The notes under the pieces: generated by a model
Seen by the model: the letters and a program-made list of their open reading frames with translations, nothing else
The model's database searches: none
What the model was told of the DNA's origin: nothing
Virus record (IMG/VR): IMGVR_UViG_3300024979_000007
Span: 1-52,150 of that record
DNA length: 52,150 bases
Direction: 5' to 3' (one strand)
From: a virus
Lineage: Duplodnaviria; Caudoviricetes
Shown here: piece by piece, positions 1 through 9,347 of the stretch
How the letters are laid out: every line of letters begins with the position of its first letter
Numbering within the stretch: position 1 is the first letter of the stretch
Made by a program: the position numbers and the translations under genes

Positions 1-188
1 GGCTCTGGCAAGACATACGGAAGTTGTATGCGGGTCTTTAACCAGATCTGTGAACAGAAGCCCAACAGAAACGGGATCCGTAAAAGCCGCTGGATAGCGG
101 TACGAAATACATATTCCGATCTTGAATTGACCACGATGAAAGATTGGAAGGACTTATACCACAGCGATGACATGCCGGCGCTTGGCCG
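1..188. repeat. Terminal direct repeat (assembly circularisation overlap), copy 1
   Basis: Bases 1-188 match 51963-52150 apart from one mismatch seen (T128 vs C52090). Confidence 0.97.
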
Positions 189-1404
189 GTTTGTTCACGA
201 CTCACCGCCAACGCACTATCTGGACTTTGATCTGGAAGATGGCACGCGGGTCATTGCTGAGGTGGTCTTTCTGGCGCTGGACAAGCCGCAGCATGTGAAA
301 AAGCTGCGCGGTTTGCAGGCAACAGGCTTTTGGCTCAACGAAATGAAAGAGTTGCCAAAGGCCATCGTCGATATGTGCGACTTGCGGCATGGCCGGTACC
401 CATCCAAAGCAGATGGCGGCGCCAGCTGGCACGGCATGATTGGCGACACCAACGCCCCGGATGATGATCACTGGTACTACAAACTTGCTGAAGAGGTGAA
501 GCCGTCTGGCTGGACCTTCTTGCGTCAGCCTGGCGGTGTTGTCCGGAAGGTTTTGGCAGGCGGCAAGTATGTCTGGGTTGCCAATCCGAAAGCGGAAAAC
601 TTAGGCAACCTGCCCGGTGGCAGCGCTTATTACGTGAATGGTCTGGCCGGTAAGGCTGATGACTGGATCCGCGTAAACCTTGCCAATGAATATGGGGCTG
701 TTGTCTCCGGCAAGCCGATTTACTCCGGCAGCTGGGACGAATCCAAACACCTGAGCAAGTTCAACCTGCTGCCAGTGCCACGGGTCAAAAAGCTATTGCT
801 CGGGTTCGACTTCGGACGCACGCCGGCCTGCATTATCGGCCAGCTGATGCCGTCTGGAAAACTGCGGGTTATCGAAGAACTTGTGGCTACCGGTATGGGT
901 ATTCGCAAGTTTATGGATGAAGTCGTGCTTCCTACGATGGAGGAACGATACAGCGCCTTTTCAGGCAAACAAATTGAAGCCTACTGCGATCCGGCTGGCA
1001 TTGCCAAATCAGGCAACGACGAGAACAGCCCGATAGGCATCCTCTGGGATGAATACAACATCGCAGCATGGCCAACATCGACCAACCAGCCATTAAAGCG
1101 CTGGGAGGCAGTCAATTACTTCTTGCTCGGCAATATCGATGGCAGTCCGGCTTTTGAGCTGAACCAGTCATGCAAGGTGCTGCGCAAAGGATTTAACGGC
1201 GGGTACGCATTCCGCCGGATCAATGTCAGTGGTGAGCGCTACGCAGACGCCGCTGACAAGAACGCATATTCACACCCACACGATGCACTGCAGTACCTGG
1301 CGCTTGGCGCGCAGGGCGAGGCTGATTATTCGTGGCGGGCCAAAGAAGGCAATGCCGGTTCAACCGCATATGTCGGCGCAGCTGATAGCACTACAGGGTA
1401 CTAA
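1..1404 (+). CDS. terL: Terminase large subunit, 3' part (gene starts at 51858 across the circular junction)
   Basis: Walker A GPLGSGKT spans the junction; Walker B-like FWLNE; GDTN coupling motif; RNase H-like GFDFG and SHPHDALQY; follows terS, precedes portal. Confidence 0.95.
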   Translation, partial: GSGKTYGSCMRVFNQICEQKPNRNGIRKSRWIAVRNTYSDLELTTMKDWKDLYHSDDMPALGRFVHDSPPTHYLDFDLEDGTRVIAEVVFLALDKPQHVKKLRGLQATGFWLNEMKELPKAIVDMCDLRHGRYPSKADGGASWHGMIGDTNAPDDDHWYYKLAEEVKPSGWTFLRQPGGVVRKVLAGGKYVWVANPKAENLGNLPGGSAYYVNGLAGKADDWIRVNLANEYGAVVSGKPIYSGSWDESKHLSKFNLLPVPRVKKLLLGFDFGRTPACIIGQLMPSGKLRVIEELVATGMGIRKFMDEVVLPTMEERYSAFSGKQIEAYCDPAGIAKSGNDENSPIGILWDEYNIAAWPTSTNQPLKRWEAVNYFLLGNIDGSPAFELNQSCKVLRKGFNGGYAFRRINVSGERYADAADKNAYSHPHDALQYLALGAQGEADYSWRAKEGNAGSTAYVGAADSTTGY

Positions 1405-1406
1405 GC

Positions 1407-3620
1407 GTGAGCGAAACCAAAACGCCAACACTGATCCAGAAAAACGAATATCCGCACGAGTACCGTGAAGATCGGAATCTGGACATCCTGGCTCAGCACA
1501 TCGAATCAACGCTGGTTGATGCCATGAATGGCCGTGGCGTGATTGATGATCGCATGGTGCAAGACCTTCGGCTTTATACCGGCATTTACGAGCCCGATGT
1601 CGACGATAAGCTGACTAAATCCAAACGCTCAAAAGTCTTTATCAAAATGACTCGGGCAAAAGCGGATGCCGCCATTAGCCAGCTCGATGACATGCTGCAT
1701 CCGAACACCGATAAGAACTGGGGTATTAAAATTACGCCGGTTCCGGAACTGTCTGAGCTTCTGGACTCAACTGAGGAAGCTGAAGCCAGCGGGCAGAAAT
1801 ATGTCCACGAAGACGGCAAGCCAGTCACCAAAGGCGACATCGCAAAGCGCCAGCTGCAGATCATGCAGGACGCATGCGCGGCGATGGAAAAAGAGATCCA
1901 TGACCAGCTGACTGAATGCCGATACAGCGCATCTGCTCGCGTGGCTATCAGCGATGCATGCATTGTCGGGACTGGCATTCTCAAAGGCCCGGTGATTAGC
2001 CGCAAAATGGATCTGGCCTTTGTTAATAAGGACGGCCAGTACGTTCAGGAAGAAAAAGAGTCTTTTGTTCCCATCGTTGAAGTGGTACGGCCATGGGATT
2101 TCTACCCTGATCCATCTGCCGCGACTATCGAAGAAGCAGACTACGTGTTTGAACGCCGGTATATGAGCAAGCGGCAGCTGCGTGCATTGGCTAAGCGCAG
2201 AGGCTTTTCACCGGAGAACGTGGAACGCGCCATCGAGTTATCGCCTCAGCAAACACAGCACAAAGCATCATTCCAAGATGATGTGCGTAAGCTCGCCGGC
2301 ATGAATGATTCGCTCAACGATAGCCGGTACGAAACGTGGGAATACCACGGCCCGATCCGCGTCAGTGTGCTGATTGAGCTTGGTCTGGTTGATAAGCCTG
2401 AAAGCAGTGAAGATGCGGTCAAGTTAGAAAATCAGGAAGTTGATGCCATCGTGTTCTATTGCGGTGGCGTGGTGCTTGGCGCGAAATCCAGCCTGATTAA
2501 GCATCACAGCGACTATCCATACCGGGTGTTTAACTGGGCCCAGAATGATGCGTGCATCTTCGGCTTTGGCATTCCTCGCATTGTAATTGATGAACAGTCA
2601 GTGCTGAACACTGTCTGGCGCATGATTCTGGATAACGGCGCTGCCACGGCTGGCCCTCAGATTGGCCTGAACAAAAAGTTTGTGAAGCCAATGAATGACG
2701 AATGGACTTTCACGCCATTCAAGATATGGGAAGTCGAAGGCACGGCAACCGATATCAAGCAGGCATTCAGTACCTTCGAAACATCGAGCCACCTGAATGA
2801 ACTGAGCGCCATCTATCAGACTGCTCGCGTGCTGTTTGATGAAGTATCTGGCGTGCCTATGATCCAGCAAGGCGAGCAAGGCCAGAGCACACAGACGCTC
2901 GGCGGCATGTCTATGCTGATGAATGCTGCCAACACAGTACGCCGGCGCCAGGTGCGGATGTGGGATGACTGCATCACCACGCCATTAATCACCGACTTCT
3001 ATCACTTCAACATGCTGTTCAGCAAAAAGAATGAGATCAAAGGTGATTACCAGGTTGATGCCAAAGGTACCAGCGCGCTGCTGGTGAAAGAAACTCAGGC
3101 GCAGGCCATCACCAATCTGATGTCTGTTGCTGGCAGCAATCAAGTATTCCAGCCAGTCCTTGCACTGAAAGCGCCGCAAATCCTGCGGGCTTGGGCGAGA
3201 ACTCAAAGCCTGCCTGAAGACATGCTGCCAACCGACGACGAGCTGAGAAGCTATCAGCAGCGCATTGAAGAACAGCAAAAAGGTCAACCGCAAGATCCGG
3301 CATTGGCTGTTGAGCAGCTTCGTGCGCAGCAACAGCAAGCCAAGTTCCAGCATGAACAGCAGATGGAACAACTGAAACAGCAGAATAGCTGGCAGCAGCT
3401 GCAGTTCGAAGCCGGGCTGAAACTCCAGTTATCTGCAGCGCAAGAGCGCATCGAACTGGCCAGACTGGCGCAGGAAGATAAGCACAACACTGAAAGCCTG
3501 ATGACTGAGCTGAAAAAAGTGCAGGCCGACCACGCAGCCAGCTGGCAGCAGTTTATGGCTGAGGTTCAGATCAAGAAGCAAGCGGGCCTCACCGCCAACT
3601 TCGGGCTGGATCCAGCATGA
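1407..3620 (+). CDS. Portal protein
   Basis: 737 aa directly after terL; GTGILKGP, PWDFYPDP and FGFGIP motifs; Gln-rich C-terminal coiled coil typical of podoviral portals. Confidence 0.9.
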   Translation: MSETKTPTLIQKNEYPHEYREDRNLDILAQHIESTLVDAMNGRGVIDDRMVQDLRLYTGIYEPDVDDKLTKSKRSKVFIKMTRAKADAAISQLDDMLHPNTDKNWGIKITPVPELSELLDSTEEAEASGQKYVHEDGKPVTKGDIAKRQLQIMQDACAAMEKEIHDQLTECRYSASARVAISDACIVGTGILKGPVISRKMDLAFVNKDGQYVQEEKESFVPIVEVVRPWDFYPDPSAATIEEADYVFERRYMSKRQLRALAKRRGFSPENVERAIELSPQQTQHKASFQDDVRKLAGMNDSLNDSRYETWEYHGPIRVSVLIELGLVDKPESSEDAVKLENQEVDAIVFYCGGVVLGAKSSLIKHHSDYPYRVFNWAQNDACIFGFGIPRIVIDEQSVLNTVWRMILDNGAATAGPQIGLNKKFVKPMNDEWTFTPFKIWEVEGTATDIKQAFSTFETSSHLNELSAIYQTARVLFDEVSGVPMIQQGEQGQSTQTLGGMSMLMNAANTVRRRQVRMWDDCITTPLITDFYHFNMLFSKKNEIKGDYQVDAKGTSALLVKETQAQAITNLMSVAGSNQVFQPVLALKAPQILRAWARTQSLPEDMLPTDDELRSYQQRIEEQQKGQPQDPALAVEQLRAQQQQAKFQHEQQMEQLKQQNSWQQLQFEAGLKLQLSAAQERIELARLAQEDKHNTESLMTELKKVQADHAASWQQFMAEVQIKKQAGLTANFGLDPA

Positions 3621-3796
3621 GGCTTGGCACAGAGCATTTAGCTGCATTCATCCAGTTGCTGCAGCAGGACCGCACCAAGCTGCTCGATGAACTGGTACAG
3701 GACACAAGCCCAGAGCAAACCGCCAATATTCGCGGCCGCATTCATCAGATAGACGACATCATCCGGCTTTATCCAGACCGGATTAAACAACAGTAA
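3617..3796 (+). CDS. Small conserved-position head gene (59 aa, MRLGTEHL...IKQQ)
   Basis: Read by eye, not in the ORF track; ATGA overlap with the portal stop; lies between portal and scaffold. Confidence 0.7.
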   Translation: MRLGTEHLAAFIQLLQQDRTKLLDELVQDTSPEQTANIRGRIHQIDDIIRLYPDRIKQQ

Positions 3797-3825
3797 CCGA
3801 ATTCAAGGGGCAACCCTTGCTAACG

Positions 3826-3852
3826 AACCCGCGCTCAGTCGCGGGTTTTTTT
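3826..3852 (+). terminator. Intrinsic terminator-like hairpin before the scaffold gene
   Basis: AACCCGC-N8-GCGGGTT followed by a T tract; preceded by CAAGGG-GCAA-CCCTTG hairpin at 3804-3819. Confidence 0.7.
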
Positions 3853-3885
3853 ATGACTGCAGGAAGCACTCACCAGGAAACACCG

Positions 3886-4776
3886 ATGACTGAGCAAGTA
3901 AATAACGAACTCTCAGATGACTTCTCACAAGCCTTTGCTGACTCCTTAGACTCGGCAGCTTCGGAAGCGCAAGAGTTCACCGCAGAATCTTTTACTGGAC
4001 AGACCGGGGAAGTCACCACTGAACAAGTGAACGAGCCAGCTCAACAACCTGATGCGCAGCAGGATGAGCAGCAAGATCCGTGGGCAGTCGTGCCGGAATC
4101 GCTCCGAAACCAGTATCAGCAACTGCAAGCTAACCACCAAAGACTTGAGGCCGACCACCGCGCAAACTCAGAGCGGGTGCAGGCTTTGAACCGGAAAACT
4201 ACTGAGCTTCAACAGGCACTGGCAGCAAGAGAAGCGGCTGGTGGCAAGCAGAGCACAGCGCCGGGAACACCAAGTGCAGACGACCTTGAAGGCATGTCCT
4301 TTGAAGAAGTTGAGCAGGAGTTTCCTGAACTGGCCAAGTTCATCAAAGCGCAAGTCTCCGCAGCCGTCACGCCGATTCAACAGCAGCTGGCACCTGTGCA
4401 ACAGCTCGTTAGTGAGCGGCAGCAAGCCGTACAAGAGCAGGTCATTCAGCAAGAGTTGGGGCGACTTGCACAAGTCCATCCTGACTTTAAAGAAGTGGCA
4501 TCGAGTCCTGACTTCGACGATTGGGTAAAAGCCCAGCCGCCAATGGTCCAGCAACTGCGAAGCAGCTTTAACGCTGATGACAATGCAGCACTTCTCACCC
4601 TGTTCAAAACCAGCACCGGTCGCGTGACCGCGCCGGCATCCCCTCAAGCACCACAAACCAACCGTCTTGCAGACCATGTGACAACAGAGCGCAAAGGAAC
4701 CGGCACACCAACTGCCGTGCGGCGCACTGATGACAACTTTGAAGACGCATTCGATTTACACATCAAGCGCCGGTAA
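3886..4776 (+). CDS. Capsid scaffolding protein
   Basis: Acidic N-terminus, coiled coil, HPDF..F..WV motif, ends FEDAF; directly before capsid; ATG 3886 after AGGA. Confidence 0.8.
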   Translation: MTEQVNNELSDDFSQAFADSLDSAASEAQEFTAESFTGQTGEVTTEQVNEPAQQPDAQQDEQQDPWAVVPESLRNQYQQLQANHQRLEADHRANSERVQALNRKTTELQQALAAREAAGGKQSTAPGTPSADDLEGMSFEEVEQEFPELAKFIKAQVSAAVTPIQQQLAPVQQLVSERQQAVQEQVIQQELGRLAQVHPDFKEVASSPDFDDWVKAQPPMVQQLRSSFNADDNAALLTLFKTSTGRVTAPASPQAPQTNRLADHVTTERKGTGTPTAVRRTDDNFEDAFDLHIKRR

Positions 4777-4796
4777 AGGTGCGCAGGAGCTAAATT

Positions 4797-5831
4797 ATGG
4801 CTAACAATTTCGGTGATATTTCACTGGGCAACGCCGCAAAGGCGATGACCGAAGCATTACAGCATGCAGCGCCAATTCTGGTGCTGAGCAAACTGGCAAA
4901 ATCGCTGTGGATTGGTTTTAACGAAACCAAAGTCGCACGCTTTCGCCGGATCATCCCGCTGCCGCTGAAAACAACAGCAATGACTGAAGGCGTGACCTCA
5001 CCAGGCACCGACTTCCGTTACGAAAACGTCGAAGTGTCACTAATCCAATTGGGTGACTACATGCCAACAACTGATGTGCTGCTGGACTTGCACGATCAGC
5101 CAGTCGGTAAAGATATGTGGACCGCAGCGTCAGAGCAGGCGGCGCAATCTATCGAGCAGTGGATCTGGACAACAATCACAGCAGGTATGTCAGTTCACTA
5201 CGCAAACAGTGTGGCGGGTCGCTCATCTGTTGTCGGCTTCCTGAACAAATCAAACCAGCAAATCATCACGCGCACTCTGGCTCGCAACAAGGCCAAAAAG
5301 CTGCGAAAAATGCTGGCTGGTTCACCAGACCACAACACTTCACCAATCGAAGCGGCTTACATCTGTGTGACTCACACCGATATGGCGCCGTCTATCCGGG
5401 CAATGGAAGGCTTTACGCCAGTGGCTGAATACGGCCAGCGCCAGCCAATTTGTGATGAAGAGCTGGGCTCAGTGGATGATGTTCGCTACATCGTTACACC
5501 TTGGGCTATGCCTGTCGCAAACGCCGGTGGCGCGAAGGGTTCAGGCGCAACTGAGTGTATCTCTACTGGTGGTACTGCTGCTGACGTTTACCCAGCCATG
5601 TACTTTGGTGAAGATTCCTTTGGCGCGCTGTCTATCAAAGCTGGCAAGCAGGGCGGCAAGATGGTCCCATCTGCTGGCTCAATCACTCCGCAGGTCGTCA
5701 ACCCGAAAGCATCTGCATCTGACCCACTGGGCCAGCGCGGATCTATCGGCTGGAAGTGCTACTTCCAAGCAAAGATCCTGAACGAAAGCTGGATTATCCG
5801 CGGCGAGTTTGCTGCTCCGAAAAATCCTTAA
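4797..5831 (+). CDS. Major capsid protein, N4-gp56 family
   Basis: FRR..PL..TEGVTS, SDPLGQRGSIGWK and ILNESWIIRGE motifs; AGGAG RBS. Confidence 0.92.
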   Translation: MANNFGDISLGNAAKAMTEALQHAAPILVLSKLAKSLWIGFNETKVARFRRIIPLPLKTTAMTEGVTSPGTDFRYENVEVSLIQLGDYMPTTDVLLDLHDQPVGKDMWTAASEQAAQSIEQWIWTTITAGMSVHYANSVAGRSSVVGFLNKSNQQIITRTLARNKAKKLRKMLAGSPDHNTSPIEAAYICVTHTDMAPSIRAMEGFTPVAEYGQRQPICDEELGSVDDVRYIVTPWAMPVANAGGAKGSGATECISTGGTAADVYPAMYFGEDSFGALSIKAGKQGGKMVPSAGSITPQVVNPKASASDPLGQRGSIGWKCYFQAKILNESWIIRGEFAAPKNP

Positions 5832-5852
5832 TCCTTAACCAACCGAACTAAC

Positions 5853-5881
5853 GGGCTGCATTTGCGGCCCTTTTTCTTTTT
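5853..5881 (+). terminator. Intrinsic terminator after capsid gene
   Basis: GGGCTGCA-TT-TGCGGCCC followed by a long T tract. Confidence 0.8.
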
Positions 5882-5898
5882 AAAACTGGGGAAAGAAG

Positions 5899-6390
5899 AT
5901 GAGTCAACCAACCTACCAAGGCAGCACTGCTGCTGACCTGATTGCATTTGCTAAAGAGAACGGTGTTGAGTTGCCAGAAGGCACCAGCAAAAACGACGCA
6001 TGGAAAGCGGTGAAAGAAATCCTCGCTGATCTGGGCGAAAAAGTCTCTGAAGATAACGAACATGACAACCAACCTGAAGCGCCAGCAGCCACAACGACTG
6101 CTTCGGTCACTCAGAGCGCAAAGGCCAAAAGCAAAGATCCAACGCATTACACAATCAGCATTTCAAAACCGACTGATGTTAAACAGCCAGACCTGGTGAT
6201 TTGCGCCAACGGCACGAACTACCAAATTCACTTTGGCAAGCAAGTCAAAGTTCCTGCCGTGGTCGTCAACATCCTTAAAGATGCAGTTGAGCGCAAACCA
6301 GCGCACCGCGACATGGAAACCAACGAATGGGTCGAAGAGTCTTTCGAGCCTCGTTACAGCTTCGCGATCCACCAAGAACACTTCCAATAA
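5899..6390 (+). CDS. Hypothetical virion-module protein
   Basis: 163 aa between capsid and adaptor; NG..YQI..G..VKVP..VV.IL motif. Confidence 0.75.
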   Translation: MSQPTYQGSTAADLIAFAKENGVELPEGTSKNDAWKAVKEILADLGEKVSEDNEHDNQPEAPAATTTASVTQSAKAKSKDPTHYTISISKPTDVKQPDLVICANGTNYQIHFGKQVKVPAVVVNILKDAVERKPAHRDMETNEWVEESFEPRYSFAIHQEHFQ

Positions 6391-6405
6391 TTCCCGGTAC
6401 CGCGC

Positions 6406-7047
6406 ATGACATTCCTTGAACTGTGCCGGCGCGTCCGGCTGGACTCTGGTATTTCCGGTGATATTGCATCCGTGGTGAACCAGCAGGGCATTTTGCTCAA
6501 GCTGGTTACGTGGGTGCAGCAGGCGGAATACGACATCGTGACCGGCCGCAAGGACTGGTTATTCATGCGCGCCAAGGCAAGTGCAGTGCTGCAGGCTGGC
6601 AAGGTGGAATACCTGCCAGCCGAGCTTGGCATGCAGCCATTTGCCAGCATCAGCAAAGTCTATGTGGACCGGCAACCGCTGGTGTCATGCGACTTCGACT
6701 ATCTGGATGATCAGCATCTGAAAAATGGCGGCGCACCGGAAGGCACGCCTCGCGCATTTGCTATCACGCCAGATGGCACAGTGCTTTTTGATAACAAGCC
6801 GGCACAGGCTTTGCCGGTTGATATCCGATACAACCGCGCAGCGGTTCGGATGACGATCAACACTGCACAGTCGCCAATTCCTGCAGAGCATGAAGAGGTG
6901 ATCATCCAGGCCGCGCTGATGAACTACGCACGGCACGAGCAGGATGAGTTTCTGCTGCGGGATTCGACTATTGCCTATGAGCGGCACTTTTCGGACCTGT
7001 GCAACAAGCAGCTGCCAAAGGTCAGCGTTATAGGCTGGGGTGGCTGA
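6406..7047 (+). CDS. Head-tail adaptor (tail tubular protein A-like)
   Basis: MTFLELCRRV start, W.FM, G.P and SPIP.EH motifs; position in the module. Confidence 0.75.
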   Translation: MTFLELCRRVRLDSGISGDIASVVNQQGILLKLVTWVQQAEYDIVTGRKDWLFMRAKASAVLQAGKVEYLPAELGMQPFASISKVYVDRQPLVSCDFDYLDDQHLKNGGAPEGTPRAFAITPDGTVLFDNKPAQALPVDIRYNRAAVRMTINTAQSPIPAEHEEVIIQAALMNYARHEQDEFLLRDSTIAYERHFSDLCNKQLPKVSVIGWGG

Positions 7048-8657
7048 TGGCCAGCAACACCCGAGTCGGCAAGGTCATTTTAAAAGGTGGCCTGAATCTG
7101 GCTGCATCTGTGCTGGAGTTAGATCCGGGCGAGTGTACGCAGCTCAACAACTACGAAGTGAACACACTGGGTCGGTACCAGCGCTGCCTCGGGTTCGAGC
7201 GCTTTGACGGCAAAACGGCGCCATCGTCGGTACTGCCAGTCAATTTGCCGGGCTACCCGTTTGCGGATGATGAAAGCGAGGCGCTGGCCATCACATCGCA
7301 GCAGGAGGTATTGCGAAGTCTAATTCTGCCGGTGCCAGGCTCTGGCCGCATATTAGGCGGCTTTGTTTTTGCCGGTGTGGTGTACGCCTTTCGTAACAAC
7401 GCAGACGGCACTACAGCCAATTTGTGGCGCGCAAGCACTGGCGGCTGGCAACCGGTATCGACTCCGGCGCTGTTGCCCAATGGCCGATATCAAACCGTCC
7501 TGACGAACTTCACCGGCTCTGCAGGTACCAAAGAAATCATTGGCGTGGATGGGGTCAATAAGGCATTCCGGTTTAACGGAACCACTTTTACCCAACTCAC
7601 CGGACCTATCACGCCTGATGCGCCGGTTTATGCCGAAGTGCTGCCGAGTCAGGTATTGCTGCTGGCCTATCGTAAAGGCTCACTGGTATTCAGCGCTGTA
7701 GGCGACCCAACAAAGTGGAGCCCAGTCGACGGCGGCGGTGAAATCGCGGTAGCTGATGAAATCACCGGGCTTGCAGTGCAGCCGGATAACAGCTGCGCAG
7801 TATTCTGTCGCAATCGGACTTATGTCCTGTACGGCAAAACCAAAGCTGACTTTAACCTGACCACTTTGAGCAGTAGCACCGGCGCCATTCCTAACAGCAT
7901 TCAGAACATCAATGACAGCGTGTATCTGGATGACCGCGGCATGACGCGCCTCAATCGCGTACAGCAGTTCGGCAACTTCGATATGGCAACCATCAGCCAA
8001 AAGGTTGAACCACTGCTAAAACGCTACGCCGGCCGCATTACGGCGAGTTTTGTCATTAAACAGAAAAACCAGTACCGGCTTTGTTTCGATGACAGCACCG
8101 GCATTGTGGTGACGTTCTTTGGTGCCGAAGTCGCAGGCTTTAGTACCTTCAGCTTTGGCCATGTGATCCGCTGCGCATTCAGCGCTGAAGATGACTCTGG
8201 TCGTGAAGTGGTGTTTTTTGCCGGTGACGATGGCTATCTGTATCAGGCCGAGCGTGGCTTTAGCCATGACGGCGATGAATACCAATCGACCATGCGCCCG
8301 GCATTCAACCACGTAGGTAGTCCAGATACAAAAAAACGCTGGAAAAAAGCGGTGATGGAAGTCGATACGCCAAGCAGCACGCCGCTATCAGTCACACCTG
8401 ACTTTGACTATTCATCACCGGACACACCAGCGGACAGAACCCAGTACATCACAGCCACTGGCGGTGGCGGCTACTGGGATGCAAGCGCATGGGATAGCTT
8501 CAGCTGGTCTGCAGCCAGCACTTTTACCGCAGACATCTACATCGATGGCGTGGCACGCAATATGTGCCTGGTCGTGAACTGCCGCTCAAAGTCAGCACCG
8601 CCGCACGTTCTTAACTCGTTTCTTTACCACTACAGCCCGCTAAGCCTTCGGAGATAA
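7047..8657 (+). CDS. Tail nozzle / tail tubular protein B-like
   Basis: GGLN near the N-terminus, beta-propeller-like composition, FS..GDP..W; TGATG coupling at 7047. Confidence 0.78.
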   Translation: MASNTRVGKVILKGGLNLAASVLELDPGECTQLNNYEVNTLGRYQRCLGFERFDGKTAPSSVLPVNLPGYPFADDESEALAITSQQEVLRSLILPVPGSGRILGGFVFAGVVYAFRNNADGTTANLWRASTGGWQPVSTPALLPNGRYQTVLTNFTGSAGTKEIIGVDGVNKAFRFNGTTFTQLTGPITPDAPVYAEVLPSQVLLLAYRKGSLVFSAVGDPTKWSPVDGGGEIAVADEITGLAVQPDNSCAVFCRNRTYVLYGKTKADFNLTTLSSSTGAIPNSIQNINDSVYLDDRGMTRLNRVQQFGNFDMATISQKVEPLLKRYAGRITASFVIKQKNQYRLCFDDSTGIVVTFFGAEVAGFSTFSFGHVIRCAFSAEDDSGREVVFFAGDDGYLYQAERGFSHDGDEYQSTMRPAFNHVGSPDTKKRWKKAVMEVDTPSSTPLSVTPDFDYSSPDTPADRTQYITATGGGGYWDASAWDSFSWSAASTFTADIYIDGVARNMCLVVNCRSKSAPPHVLNSFLYHYSPLSLRR

Positions 8658-8660
8658 AGC

Positions 8661-9347
8661 ATGCTTAACCTGTGGAAACACACCAATCTGTTCGAGGCCG
8701 GCACTACGGTTCGGGCTGACCACGCAAACTTTAAGCTCGATGGTATTCAAGCCAGCTTTGACCAAATCTCAGAGTACCTGAATGGCAAGATGATCAACCT
8801 GCCTGCATCGTTTGCTGGCAACGCATACATTCCAAACAAGACGCTGGCTAACAGCATCCTTTGGTTCAACCTTTCCGGCGACATCGATGTGTATTCGATG
8901 GCTACTTTTGAGCAGAAAGTTGCGGACACTGCAAGCAATGCAGCGTCAGCGCTCGATAGCAAAAACAAAGCAGCAACCAGTGAGGGTAATGCCCGACAAT
9001 CTGAACTTAATGCCGCTTCATCAGCAGAGATTGCGCAAGGCGCAGCAGTCACGGTGGCAGGCGCGGCATTCTTTGCGGGCCTCTGGAATGCCGGCACTGG
9101 CATTTTCCCAGCACCGCCAGGCTCTGGTGGCTCCAGTATGTGGCAAGCCAACAGCAATGGCACCGGCGCAACCGCAGCCATCAAGGCAGGTGACTTAATT
9201 GTTTGGGACATCATTGCCAGCACCTATCGGCACTTCGCTGGCGCTGACCGGGTTATAGCACTCGAAACGCAGGTGAACACCATCAATACATCACTGACAA
9301 CCGCCATTAACAACACCGCATCACTCGCAATTGCAGGGCTTCGCTAA
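8661..9347 (+). CDS. Tail fibre adaptor / proximal fibre protein
   Basis: Follows nozzle; Ala/Ser-rich coiled-coil segment; GDLIVWD motif. Confidence 0.6.
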   Translation: MLNLWKHTNLFEAGTTVRADHANFKLDGIQASFDQISEYLNGKMINLPASFAGNAYIPNKTLANSILWFNLSGDIDVYSMATFEQKVADTASNAASALDSKNKAATSEGNARQSELNAASSAEIAQGAAVTVAGAAFFAGLWNAGTGIFPAPPGSGGSSMWQANSNGTGATAAIKAGDLIVWDIIASTYRHFAGADRVIALETQVNTINTSLTTAINNTASLAIAGLR

